This document shows, piece after piece, positions 1 through 11,312 of a stretch of 64,000 nucleotides of DNA. The translations under genes were made by a program, and so were the position numbers. Numbering within the stretch: position 1 is the first letter of the stretch; each line of letters begins with the position of its first letter. Origin of the DNA: an uncultured Planctomycetaceae bacterium (lineage in GTDB: Bacteria > Planctomycetota > Planctomycetia > Planctomycetales > Planctomycetaceae). The DNA lies in the NCBI GenBank assembly GCA_963813715.1, contig CAWFAK010000009.1, positions 1-64,000 of the forward strand, written 5' to 3'. The notes beneath the pieces were generated by a model, which saw only the letters and a program-made list of their open reading frames with translations, searched no databases and was not told the DNA's origin.

Positions 1-912
1 TGCACGATCTCTTCTTTCTTGACGATCAGGTCGGCGTCGTACCGCAGCATGTCGGGCTTGTCGAGGTGGTCGAAGTCGCCCGTCGCCAGCGCAAAGGCCG
101 TCTCCACGTCGCGGCCCGTGGTGTAGTCCCTCCAGGTCCGTCGAGATGCCGCTTAAACTCTCCCGCAACTCGCTGATGCTGCGGCTGCGGGCCTTGAGCT
201 TTTTCGGCTCCTCGGGCAGAGGAAATTCCCAAGTCTCCTCGTGACCGCGAAAGCTCTCGTGGTCCGGCACGACTCCGTTGAGGTTCACCAGCGTCACGCG
301 GACCATGCGCTTGGCCCATACTGTCCGAAGTGCAGCGTCGCCTCGTCGGCAAAGATGTGGATCGTCTGGCCGCCCCGCGGGGTGTAGTGGAACGTCGGCT
401 TGATGAGTTTCCGCCCCTCTCGACGATGTTCTGCACCGAGATCGTCAAAGCCGGGTCGCGGCGCATGAAGATATGGTGCGCCCGAAGGATGTCGAGAAAG
501 ATGTTCTCGAGCATTTGGGCCACGCGGTTGTCGATGCTCGTCATCGCCCAGGCAATCGACCTGGTCCGTGAGCAAGAGCGACGTCAGACCGAGCACGATA
601 CCCATCACGAACGACGGCATGAGCAGCGATGGGGCCGCCGACGCCGGCCGCCTTGGCCGCGGTGACTTCGTGGTCCGCGGCGATCCGCCCGTAGACGAGC
701 GTTACCGTCAACAGCATCGTCGCGGGAATCGTGAAGGGGAGCAGGCTCGGCACGAGGTAGGGCAGGATCTGCAGAATCTCGCCGGGCCCCAGGCCGTCTT
801 CACTGGCTTTGGTGAAGGTGCCGAGAAACACCAGCAAGATGGTGAGCACGCTGACCACGAGCAGAAAGACGCGGATCAGCTCGCCCAAGACGTACTTCTG
901 CAGCAACCGCAT
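1..912 (-). CDS. LptF/LptG family LPS export ABC permease (frameshifted, runs off window)
   Basis: MRLLQKYVLGELIRVF...PSLLPFTIPATMLLTVTLVYGRIAADHEVTAAKAAG is the YjgP/YjgQ N-terminal signature; continues in ORFs 294..620 and 26..544. Confidence 0.8.
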
Positions 913-1392
913 CGACGAACCTTCCGGCCGAACCACTCGTCACGCGTGCGCACTAGCGACCACTCGCTTGGCCCGCCCCAAATCCCAGCCTGGCCGTATC
1001 TGCCAACCGGCGCCCTTAAATGCCCATCAGAGAATGACATAGGCGCTGTCTATATATGCCAAACCGTGCGGACGGGCCATGTGCAACTGTTCGCCCGAGG
1101 GCGCAGTTCCCCGAACTTCATCAGCCTCTCCAAAACTGGAAATCGGAGCGATCGAAGCGATGGCTAGAGTGGGGCCGCGTCCGCACAATTGCAATCTTCT
1201 GCGCGTGAATTGTCGGCCGAGACTCTGGCGCGACCAGCCGACGTGCAGCCATCGCCAAGCCCGGTCCGAAAAAGAAAGACGAGCCAGCCGAAAGACGATT
1301 TGTCGATGCGGCAGTAGTCGGCAACGAACTGCCGGCGGTAGGCAATCAAACAGACTTCATCTTACCAGAGGCCACCCACGCGAGGTCCGTTC

Positions 1393-1620
1393 ATGTTCGA
1401 GATCTTTAACAACTTCGTCGGACGATCAGATCGCTCTCGTCGGATGTGCGGCTGCCCTCACCGTCGCGGGGACGATCATGTCCCTGAGCTACTACATTGG
1501 TCGCGGCCGCATGACGGGTGTGGCTAAAAGACCAGCCAACCGCTGGTGCTGGCTGCGTCAATCGCCCGTCCTCAACGGATGAATTCGGAAGTCGCCGCCG
1601 AGCGCCGTGAAGCGGCCTAG
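1393..1620 (+). CDS. small single-TM hypothetical protein (frameshifted)
   Basis: GAGG RBS, ATG at 1393, DDQIALVGCAAALTVAGTIMSLSYYIG hydrophobic segment. Confidence 0.45.
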
Positions 1621-2725
1621 GGCGGTGCCACGGGGGATAGGTCGCCCGGCGGACTGGGGTCTGGCTCTGCGCCTGGGCGGCCGCCAGCTGCGAGCGCCCG
1701 ACCGATCTCCCGCCGTGACGAGAAGTAGTAGACGGTGCCCTACTGGTGCAATCACCAGCGTGACGATCCGATAGGCCAGCGCCGTCGCCACTCCGGCTCC
1801 TCCGGCTGCCGTCGCCGCCGGCACGGGCATTCCCGCTCCGTCGAGCGGCCAGCTCGTAGCAACTCGCGACGAGCTTCTCCATCGTGCCGATCGCCCCCGG
1901 TACCGGAATAAAGACGGCAGCCAGCTCTGTGCCGGGAATGAGCAGCAGATGCTCCCAGTACCCCGGGGCTGCCGGCCCCGCTTTTACAGCCAGTGGGAAA
2001 AAGTAGAATCCCGACAGCATGCCGATGTGGCCCACCACGCTGATCGCCACGCAAAAGACCAGCACGCGACCGCGAGCCTGGTAAAGTAGCACCGCGTTGA
2101 CCAGGGTGCCGATCATCGGTCCGACTTTCGGCAAGGCCACCAGCTTCCGCATGGGGGCCGATCGCGGCACGGCCGGATGCAACAGCACGGCCAAGCCGAT
2201 GACCCGCCGTACGTCTGCGGGCCCACAGCACGATCAGGTACGTCTGCACCACGGGTTGCTGTAACAGGGCCGGCGGTTGAAAGAACATGGTCATGGCACC
2301 GACCACAAAGAGTGCCTGCACTCCCAGAATGCGGTCTAAGAGCACGCCGGCCATGGCGATCCCCTTGCGGGATTTCTGTTCGGTCGCAATCAGCCCGGCC
2401 CGAATGATGTCGCCGCCGGTGGCCCCGGGGCCCAGATAATCGCAGGCATAGCCGATAAAGCTCAGCCGCACCGCATCCTTGAGGGTGAAGGGAAAGTCCT
2501 GCGCCCAGACGAGCAGGTACCAGCGATAGAAAGTCACCGCGTGGACGCGGCGACCACCAGCAGGGCCAGGCCCAAATAAGACCAGTCGGGCCGCTGGGCC
2601 AGCAAGCTCGCCAGCGGCCCCCAGTACGCGTAAAACAAGTAGCCCAGCACGGCGGCGGCGACCAGCCATCGCAGCCAGCCCCAGTTTCGCCTGACTGCCT
2701 GAATTGCCAGTTTCAGAATGCGCAA
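1617..2725 (-). CDS. lysylphosphatidylglycerol synthase TM / UPF0104 flippase-like membrane protein (frameshifted)
   Basis: RWYLL, LGPGATGGDIIRA, LDRILG, PVPGAIG, ALAYR motifs spread over ORFs 2534..2725, 1752..2669, 1406..2194, 1558..1830. Confidence 0.75.
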
Positions 2726-2981
2726 TGCCGGGGCCCTATCTTCCGAGGTTCGCAGCGTTCTAGACGATCAGCCAAAGGCCTGCAATCGAGAAGCCTTGCC
2801 AAGCCAGGTAAGTGGAGGGTATCTTTCCGCTCCCGCCGGATGGGATCCGACATCATGCGGCGGCAATGTCCCCCTCCGAGGAACGGTTGCCGACGCCCGC
2901 AAATGATTGACTCTCGCGATCGACCTCTCCACTGTTTGTGAAAGGGCTCAAGGATGAGCCGGCTCACGGCACTTCTCGCGC

Positions 2982-4107
2982 ATGTCCATTCGCCCCCGGT
3001 TTCGCGTCTTCCGTCCGGAAGGCGACGCCATCATTCTCAGTTCCCCAGCCGCGAAAACGGCGCCCCGGCCTCGATGCGGGATGAAACCCCGCTCGGCCGA
3101 AGGCACCGTCTCGCTGGCCGACTTCAAGTTGCCACCCGGACGCGAAGCCGTGCTGGCTCGGCTTGCGCGCTGCACCGCAATCGCTGCTGCCCGCATTGCC
3201 ACCGCGGCGGAGTCATTCCCGTCGACCTGGGCGACGGTGACGACTGCTACCGGGCGATGCCCGTCCCCGGCACGGCCACGCTCGTCGGCTTCTACTGCGG
3301 CGGTGCGGCGCCGAGTGGTCTGCCTAACGCAACGTCGACCGCTCCCTGTTTCGAGTGGCCGGGGCGCTCTGCTTCGCGGAAGCCCCGGATTTGCCACTCC
3401 GTTACTTGAGCTCCCTTCCCTCGAAGCGCTCTCCGCTCGGGGGCTTCCGCAAAGCGGAGCCCCCGCCACCCGGTCGTGATCCCTCAACCGGCTGGCGAAC
3501 ATTCAGCGTTGGAAACGGTCCCTCGGCGGCGCCGCGATCTCAATTTGATTTCCCACGGGCACGCCTCCATACTTGGGCGTCCGCTCCAGGCGACCTGGTG
3601 CCGGCGCCCAGCTCTAGTCCGATGGCGAGCTCGTGGCGAAATCGCGACCCCCAGCCGAACAACCTCTGTCCGACGATGATCTGCCCGCGGCCCCCAACGT
3701 GCGGCGCAAAAAGAAGAAATCGGGCGAGGCGGAGGAAAAACTCGCGCGGCCGATCTGGATCGCTACGCGACCTGGGTCGTGATGATCCTGTTCACGGCCG
3801 GTGCGATCGTCGAATCCGCGCCGAATATAACGACAAACATAATTTGCGGGTCGCTGAGGAGGGGCTCGAGCGGATCCAGGGCAGCCCGACCAAAGTGACC
3901 TACGACGACATCAAAGATCGCTTCTGGGGCACGCCCGAATCGAGCACCGGCACGTCCGCTTTGCGCCCAACGTCATCTATACGTGGCGCTGGCACGGTCT
4001 TCGCAAGTACGTCGTCCGTCTGTACGTCAGTCCGAAGGACGGCCAGTCGCGCAAGGTCGAGTCGGAACGTGACGCCCTGTCGATCCGGCACCGATCGGCC
4101 AGACTAA
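2982..4107 (+). CDS. hypothetical protein, heavily frameshifted
   Basis: Protein-like fragments ([39 protein letters not shown]); boundaries uncertain. Confidence 0.3.
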
Positions 4108-4167
4108 CACCGATAAAAAGCGGCCCAAACCCGCGGTACCCCGCGGCCTGTCGCCGAAGGGAACACA

Positions 4168-5436
4168 ATGCAATCGATCGTCGGCCTGGTGCTCGGTGGC
4201 GGCAAGGAACTCGCCTGCTGCCGCTGACGCAACACCGCTCCAAGCCGGCCGTGCCCCTGGCCGGCAAGTACCGCCTCATCGACATCCCCATCAGCAATTG
4301 CATCAACAGCGGCATCAACCGGATCTACGTCCTGACGCAGTTCCTCGGTGAGCCTGCATCGGCACATCGCCACACCTACAAGTTCGACCCCTTCAGCCGC
4401 GGCTTCGTCGAGATCCTGGCCGCCCAGCAGACCAACGAAGCGGCCGACTGGTACCAGGGCACCGCCGACGCCGTCCGCAAGCAACTCCGCTACGTCGAGA
4501 GCCCTGGATCGAACACGTGCTGGTCCTTTCCGGCGACCAGCTCTACCGCATGGACTTCCGCGCCATGCTCGGACCCATCGCGGCGAAAAGGCCGACGTCA
4601 CCATCGCCGGCTGCCCGTCACCCGGGAGGCGGCACGCCACTTCGGCATCATGCGCATCAACGAGACGGGCCGGGTCGTCGGCTTCCTCGAAAAGCCGAAG
4701 ACCGAACGAAGAATTCGACCCGTCCGCAGCGACCCGGCCTGGCTCGACGCGCACGGCGTCGTCAGCCGCGGCCGCGACGGTCTGGCCAGCATGGGCATCT
4801 ACCTCTTCAATCGCAGACGCTGTTCGACTTGTCTAAAAGCCGGACTACCAGGACTTCGGCAAGGAAGTCTTCCCGATGCGATCCGCGCCGAGCGTGCAGG
4901 CCCACCTGTTCGACGGCTACTGGGAAGACATCGGCACCATCCGGTCCTTCACGAGGCCAACCTGGCCCTGGCCAAAGTTCCGCCGCCGTTCGACTTTCGA
5001 GTCGTGCTCCGGCCCGATCTACACGCACGCCCGCTCGCTGCCGCCGGCCCGCGTTGACGGGGCCACCATCCGCGAATCGCTCCTGGCCGACGGCTGCGTG
5101 ATCGAGGCGGGAGCCACCATCGAGCACAGCGTGATCGGCGTCCGCTGCCACATCGGCCGCAATACGGTCATTCGCAATTCGATTGTGATGGGCGCCGACT
5201 TCTACGCCTCCGACGGGCCCCACAACGGCACAGCTTCCGACCCGTGCTTGGAGTGGGCGACGGCTCCGTGATCAGCGGCGCCATCATCGACAAAAACTGC
5301 CACATCGGCCGCAACGTGCGGATCGAGAGCCGCCAGCCAGCCCGACGCCGACCACGACAACTTCTCCATCCGCGACGGCATCATCGTGGCCCACAAAGGG
5401 GCCGTCTTCCCCGACGGCTGGACGCTGCCGAGCTAA
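4168..5436 (+). CDS. glgC: glucose-1-phosphate adenylyltransferase (frameshifted)
   Basis: [68 protein letters not shown]. Confidence 0.93.
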
Positions 5437-5518
5437 GCAATCCGGCGCCACGACGGCGCATCCGTGACAGTTGGTAGTGCTGCGTGGAGCCGCCCGGGGA
5501 ATCCCTCGCAGCATTCCC

Positions 5519-5552
5519 CTTTCCCAAGCCGACGGCTCCGCCGTCGGATCTT
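5519..5552. repeat. dispersed palindromic repeat TTTCCCAAGCCGACGGCTCCGCCGTCGG (further copies ~9362-9392 and ~13251-13283)
   Basis: Three similar intergenic copies containing a GACGG..CCGTC hairpin. Confidence 0.7.
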
Positions 5553-5666
5553 CGATTCCTCGATTGCACTGACAGTCAGAACAACAGACGGTGCGAATCG
5601 AGCCCTGCGCATGCAAGGGAGGGCGACAAAATCGCCCTCCCGTCGCATTCAAGAAGTCACCTGCCG

Positions 5667-6434
5667 TTAGTCGGCCGGCGGTTCTGCGAACGTCTTCGGA
5701 TCGACCTTGTCGAGCGGTTTGACGTCGGTGATCTCGATGTTGATGAACTTCTCGCCGTTGTGCTTGGTGTCGATCTTCGTCGCCCGCTTCACGCCGTCGA
5801 AGTCCTTGTATTTGCTGTAGGTCGTCTCCTGGGTGAACTCTTCCCCCTGAAAGCCGGAGACCTTCGCCACCAGCTTTACCGGCAGCCCGGTCTCCTTGTC
5901 GAACCACAGCTGAAAGCTCTTCTTGTCCGGGCCATCGATCTTGAGCACCACGGCCGGCTTGTTATCGACCTTGTCCTCTTTGGCCGATTCGATCGTGAAG
6001 TCCTTCCCCTTCAGCGGCAGCAGCGTTGCCGGCGCCAGCGACAGATAGGTGGACCGCTTCTGGGCGGCGAGCTGGTCATCCTCGAGCTTGCCCGACTGGC
6101 CGGCGAAGTTCCGCCAACCCTTGTCGCCGTCGACGACGGTGACGCCCTTGATCTGGTTGCCGGCGATGTCCCCGTCAAATTCCTGGCGGAAGCGATTGAT
6201 CCCCTGGGTGACCGACCGGGTGTGGAAATCGCCGTCGGCCCCGCCGTAGCTCAGGCTGCCCTTCGCTTTCGTCTCGATGGCCTTCGACTCGAGGGCCGAG
6301 AGCTTGCTCTCGCCGCCGGCCGCCGCAATGGCCTTGTCGAGCACTGCCTTGGCATCGGGGTCCGCCGCTTGCACGCCGCCCCGGATGCTCAACACGAGCC
6401 CGGTGGCCAACACCACTCCAAAAAGCCTTCTCAT
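5667..6434 (-). CDS. exported hypothetical protein (possibly LolA-like/lipoprotein-sorting fold)
   Basis: Signal peptide MRRLFGVVLATG..VQA, KAIAAAGG, LWFDKETGLPVK, YSKYKDFDGVK. Confidence 0.65.
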   Translation of the reverse strand: MRRLFGVVLATGLVLSIRGGVQAADPDAKAVLDKAIAAAGGESKLSALESKAIETKAKGSLSYGGADGDFHTRSVTQGINRFRQEFDGDIAGNQIKGVTVVDGDKGWRNFAGQSGKLEDDQLAAQKRSTYLSLAPATLLPLKGKDFTIESAKEDKVDNKPAVVLKIDGPDKKSFQLWFDKETGLPVKLVAKVSGFQGEEFTQETTYSKYKDFDGVKRATKIDTKHNGEKFINIEITDVKPLDKVDPKTFAEPPAD

Positions 6435-6723
6435 GGGATGCACTGCCTTTGTTTGCTGCCGATTGAAGAAACGCTCGCCGCAGAGAGGAGCCGCAACGCA
6501 GACCATCCGCGTGCCGATCGAGCGTGCTAGAAAATGAGCGAACCGGAAACCCGCCGTCCCAAAATCCTAGCCAGAACGCGGGCGAATTGCCACGAGAAAC
6601 AACGCCAGCCCCCGCTGACAACTGCGCCGCGAAATTGCCCTTCCAAACCTTCGCATGTCGATGCCAACGCCGGTCTTGCCGGTGTGGATCGGCTCGGCCG
6701 CCATGGCTCCAAATAGCCGTTCG

Positions 6724-9196
6724 TCATGCCAAATTCCCGCTCTCGAGGGTCAGTGTCGTCGTAAACTGCCGGGCCGCCTCGGCTCGATCAAGCGGCACGA
6801 AGTGATAGTCGCCCTCCAGCCACGTGGGGAGCTGGTCGCGATAATGCGGACTGCCGCAATGGCCCGATTGGCTCTGCCCATCGACCATCCACAATCCAGC
6901 CGGCGATTCGCCCAAGTCGCAGATCATGCGGAAGCCGGCCCCCATGGCCGCCTCGAAATCGGGCCCGCGCCCTGTGTTGCACACGGTGGTCGCGTCACCC
7001 CGCACGCCCGGTCCGTTTTGGTCCAGCAGTAGTCCCAAATCGCCGCGGGCCGACAGAAAATGCTTGAGCCCCATCCGATGCAGCCGGCCCCACGTCCACT
7101 CGGCGACCGCAGGACCCAATCGTTCCGCCAGCCGATCGAGCGTGCCGCGAAACGTCTCCCGCACTGCGCGACGGCAGTTTTCACGGGCTGACTGGCCGTT
7201 GCCCGCAAACCAGTCTCGCGCCGACTTCGCCTCGGTTGCAGCGGGCGTCGCCCCCTCTTCGAGCAGCAGCGCGGCCAGCCCCTCGATCCCGAAGGCCAGC
7301 AGCGGCACGGCCTCTTCCGCAAACCGTTCTGCCGCGACCCGCCGGCACCAATCGACGAAGAACACGTTGAACACCAGCGGTGCGACCAGCTCGGGCAGGC
7401 AGTCGCCGTTCCAGTCTTTGAGCAACGCCACGGTCTGTCGCACGTCCGCTCGCTCGCTCTCTCTCGAACTGTCGTCATCCATCATCGCACACAGTCCGGG
7501 GACGCAGGCGACCGCGCGGAGCGAGCACGCGTCCTGCTGCAGCCGCCGATGATTGTCGCGCGTGTGCGTCGGCCGTGCTTCGAGCTGCTTTGCGAATCCG
7601 CTGCGCCCGGTGCCCGCTCGTCCATGTGCCGGCCAGCGGATACGGAAAACTGTCGTCGGCCACGCGGTTGTTCGCCGTCACCACAAAACCCCGCGACGGA
7701 TTGATCACGCCCGGCATATGCTCGAACGAAATCAAACCGTCCCACTGGTCCGCCGCGTCGGCCGCCGCGCGATAGCCGCGCTCGGGCCGGTGCCGCAGCG
7801 GAATGCGACCCGTCGCCTGGTAACCGATGTTCCCGTCGACGTCGGCAAACACCACGGAAAACGTCGGCACGTGCCAGGGCTCGAGCGACTGGCGGAAGGC
7901 CGCACAATTCTCGGCCCGGTTCATCTTTAGCAGCGCCGTCAGCCAGCCGCCGTGCTCGGCCCCCAGCCACCGCAGCGAAACGGGACCCGTGCGATTGGCC
8001 GGCTCGGGCAGCACCTCGTCGACGATCGGCCCGATCGCCGAGCGAACCACCCGCTGCGACACGGCGGCCTGCCCGCGGACGGCGATCGTCTCCACTCGCT
8101 CCTCTGCCGGCCGCCACTCGCCCGCGTGCAAAAAGCAGCAGGGATGCTCGGGGCTCGTCTCCTCTTGATACAGGTCCCGCTGCGAGCAGATGTTGTTAGT
8201 GATGCCCCACGTCATCCGCCGATTGCGGCCGATGATCACGGCCGGCATCCCCACGTACGCGCAGCCCGCCACGTCGAACGAACCGCCGGCCAGATGCACC
8301 TCGTACCAACACGAGACGGCTTCCATGGCGATGTGCGGATCGCTGGCCACCATCGGCCGGCCGCTCGCACTGCGTTTGCCGTCGATCACCCAATTGTTAC
8401 TGCCGACTGCCGCGTCCGGATCGCCGACCGCCTGCCCAACGCGTGAATCTTTTTGTCCATTGCGGGCCGGCCGCGGCGCGGCAGTCCACGCCGGGTCCGT
8501 TTCCAAAATACTTTCGTCGTCCGCCTCGGCCGTGAGGAACGCGCGATAGAGCGGACCGTCCCCCAGGCTCCGCCTGGCCAGCTCAGGCATGGCAATCACC
8601 GGAAATCGGCCGGTCAGGTACCAGCGGAATTCCCCCTCGATCACCAGGCAATCGACAGGCCGCCACGGCTCGGGCCGATAGTCGAGCAGATCGAACTCGA
8701 TCGGCAGCCCATCGCCCGCATCGTTGATCGCCGCATTGATGCCCCGGCTGAACGAGTCGAGCACGTTTTGCGTTTCGCGCGGCAATTTTCCCCACTCGGC
8801 CTCGGCAATCCGCGGCAGCCCGACCGTCCGCGCCAGCCGATCCTGCGGCAGCCCCTCCGGGCCCAGGATTTCGCTCAATCGCCCGGCCCCCTTGCGACGC
8901 AGCCAATCGAGCTGAAACAACCGGTCCTGCGCGATGGCGTAGCCGAAACCGAAAAACAGGTCGGCATCCGACTTCGCAAAGATGTGCGGCATGCCCTGGC
9001 GATCGCGACAGATCTCGACCGGCCGCTCGACCGCCGCCCGCCGCACTCCATCCATCCGCGGCACCCGCGCGGCGGCCGTCCGCGTCCAGCGCTCCAAAAA
9101 CTCCGCCTGCCCAATCCCCGCCGCCCGGCAGACCACCTCGATCGACCGCCCAGCCCCCAACTCGGCCAGACGGCTTTTCTCCAAATCCCGATCCAT
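6724..9196 (-). CDS. penicillin acylase family Ntn-hydrolase (frameshift near 7500-7580)
   Basis: RDRQGMPHI, AQDRLFQLD, catalytic GSNNW, ASDPH, ADVDGNIGY, TANN, GQSQSGH..SPHYRDQ. Confidence 0.9.
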
Positions 9197-9455
9197 AGCC
9201 GGCGCATCTCCACGACGACAAGACAGCGATCCTCGGTGCGGCAACTCGCCTGGAGCGTAGGCTGCGTCGCCACGGTTGTCCACGAATGAACGCGACCAAC
9301 GCACAGGATCCCCGACCTACGTTGACGGGCGAACTGCTACCGGAATCGTGACCGCCACCCGTTTCCCAAGCCGACGGCTTGCCGTCGGTCTTTCTTCGTT
9401 TTCCCGTTTTCATCTGGGTCGCCAGCTCCCACTTTTCCGTAGGGCAAGCTGCCAG

Positions 9456-10807
9456 TGTTGAGACCGGACACATGGGTGACAAGTGTTCGGACACATGGGT
9501 AACAGGTTTGGCGGGGAAGGCAAAGGCTGCGTGAGCGTAGCGAATGCAGGCTTTGCCTTCCTCGCGTCGGAAAATCACGTCCCCTCCGCGTTCCGGTCTC
9601 GCAGATCAATGCGGGCAATCTTCTGCCAGCAATAAAACACCTGCCAGACTCCCTCGGTCGTCGTCGGCCGAAGAGCGACGGCTTCGCCCGAGAACGCCTC
9701 GCTGATCTTGATCACTTGTCCTCGAAAACTCAGTTGCCCCACGGGATTCACCTTGCGGACTTCGTCTCCCTCGTCGTATTCGATCGGCGGAAGATGCTCC
9801 GGAAACTCACGTCGGCTGACCACGTAACGACTACCAGGCACTCTCAGCCCCAAGGCCTCGTGAGGACGCTCGTGGTTATACGTCTGACGCCAACGATCGA
9901 ACTCCCGCTGCACCTCCCCAGAGTTCGCGAAGGCCCGGCCGCGCAACACTTCCGCCTGCAGCGTGCGGTGAAATCGCTCTTCCTTCCCTTGCGTCTCGGG
10001 GTGGTAAGGGCGGCCATGGATCACGCGAATGTTGTGTCGCAACAACCAGACCGACAGCTTCGTGTAACCTCCGCGACGGTGGGTGACCGCCCAGGGCGTC
10101 CCGTTGTCCATCAACATCGACCAGGGAAGGCCGTAACGTCGAAAGACGCCCTGCAGACTCTCCCGAACGGTCTCGGATCGCTGGTTCAAACAGGCCCGCA
10201 GCCCCAAGGAGTAGCGCGAGTGATCGTCTGTGATCGTCAACGGGTGGCAGCGACGACCGTCGACCATGCGGAAATCGCCCTTGAAATCCATCTGCCACAG
10301 CTCGTTGGGCGCCTCCCGCTCGAACCGCTGCACGGGGGCACGCCGAAGTGACTCCTCCTGCTCGATGCGACCATGACGACGCAAAATCGCCGTGATCGTG
10401 CTGGCGGCCGGGACCGCTTGACGCCCCAGGGCCAACAGACGGGCTCGCAGCTTGCGACCTCCCCAAACCGGGTGCCGATCCCGCAGCTCCAGCACCTCCG
10501 CCTCAATGGCCGCGCTCGTCGGCTCGCGAAAATGCCGAGGACGACGCGAACGATCCACGCACGGTTCGCCCAACCGAACTCGGCCTAACCACTTGTAACC
10601 CGTCTTCCGCGAAATCCCAAACCGCCTGCACAGCACAGCGACCTTCGAATCTGGCGACGACGCCAAACGGCAAAACTCTTCCCGCATCGACACAACGTCA
10701 CACTCCTGCCACGGCATCCGTCTCCCTCCTGGAAAGGAAGACCTCAGCCTACAAAAAGTGTTACCTATGTGTCCGAACGACTGTTACCTATGTGTCCGGT
10801 CTATACA
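9456..10807 (-). mobile_element. complete IS481-family insertion sequence
   Basis: TGT...ACA ends; ~49-bp imperfect terminal inverted repeats (9456-9504, 10759-10807), each with two internal CGGACACAT(G/A)GGT(G/A)ACA units; 7-bp direct repeat CTGCCAG on both sides. Confidence 0.92.
9575..10717 (-). CDS. IS481 family DDE transposase
   Basis: MPW start, HTH (FGISRKTGYKW), WQMDFKG, DDHSR, MDNG, PETQGKEERFHRT, YNHERPHEAL. Confidence 0.95.
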   Translation of the reverse strand: MPWQECDVVSMREEFCRLASSPDSKVAVLCRRFGISRKTGYKWLGRVRLGEPCVDRSRRPRHFREPTSAAIEAEVLELRDRHPVWGGRKLRARLLALGRQAVPAASTITAILRRHGRIEQEESLRRAPVQRFEREAPNELWQMDFKGDFRMVDGRRCHPLTITDDHSRYSLGLRACLNQRSETVRESLQGVFRRYGLPWSMLMDNGTPWAVTHRRGGYTKLSVWLLRHNIRVIHGRPYHPETQGKEERFHRTLQAEVLRGRAFANSGEVQREFDRWRQTYNHERPHEALGLRVPGSRYVVSRREFPEHLPPIEYDEGDEVRKVNPVGQLSFRGQVIKISEAFSGEAVALRPTTTEGVWQVFYCWQKIARIDLRDRNAEGT

Positions 10808-10892
10808 CTGCCAGCTTGCCCACTGATTCCAGTCCCGTCCTTCAAGTCCCAGTGAAACCGTCGACACCGGACAAGCTGGCAGGTTGCCCTAC
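10808..10892. repeat. GTAG-type REP doublet (left copy split by IS481; inverted partner 10869-10892)
   Basis: Reconstituted GTAGGGCAAGCTGCCAGCTTGCCC and inverted GGACAAGCTGGCAGGTTGCCCTAC. Confidence 0.75.
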
Positions 10893-11001
10893 GGGCTCCA
10901 TCATCATTCCCCGACGAGACGCCCGATCGCAGCCGGCCGCCGGCGTCGTTTTTCAATCCCGTCCCGACCTTTGGGTCCAGATCCCCAAACGGAGGTTTCG
11001 G

Positions 11002-11074
11002 GTGGCACTGGCGGCTTGTCCGCCAGTGTCTTCCGACGCGAAAAAACCACTGGCGGACAAGCCGCCAGTGCCAC
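11002..11074. repeat. REP-like inverted doublet GTGGCACTGGCGGCTTGTCCGCCAGTG (second locus 59800-59886)
   Basis: Two inverted 27-bp palindromic units separated by a spacer; similar copy between the PNP gene and ileS. Confidence 0.8.
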
Positions 11075-11312
11075 ACGCGATACGCATCGCTCGCGGTACG
11101 CACCGTGTCCGGATGCCGCGGCTAGCAATCAGCAGCGACGCGCGTTTTCAACAACAGATTTTCGATTCGACTGATTCCGCTCAACTGGCTCCGTTCGATA
11201 GGGCGACGACTCGGACGCGTGACCGACACGCGTCCCCGGCGACAGTCGTTAGCTGGCTTGTCCCGTCCCGCTTGCCGGTTCAGGCGCCGGCTCGGGCTTC
11301 GGCTGTGATTCG

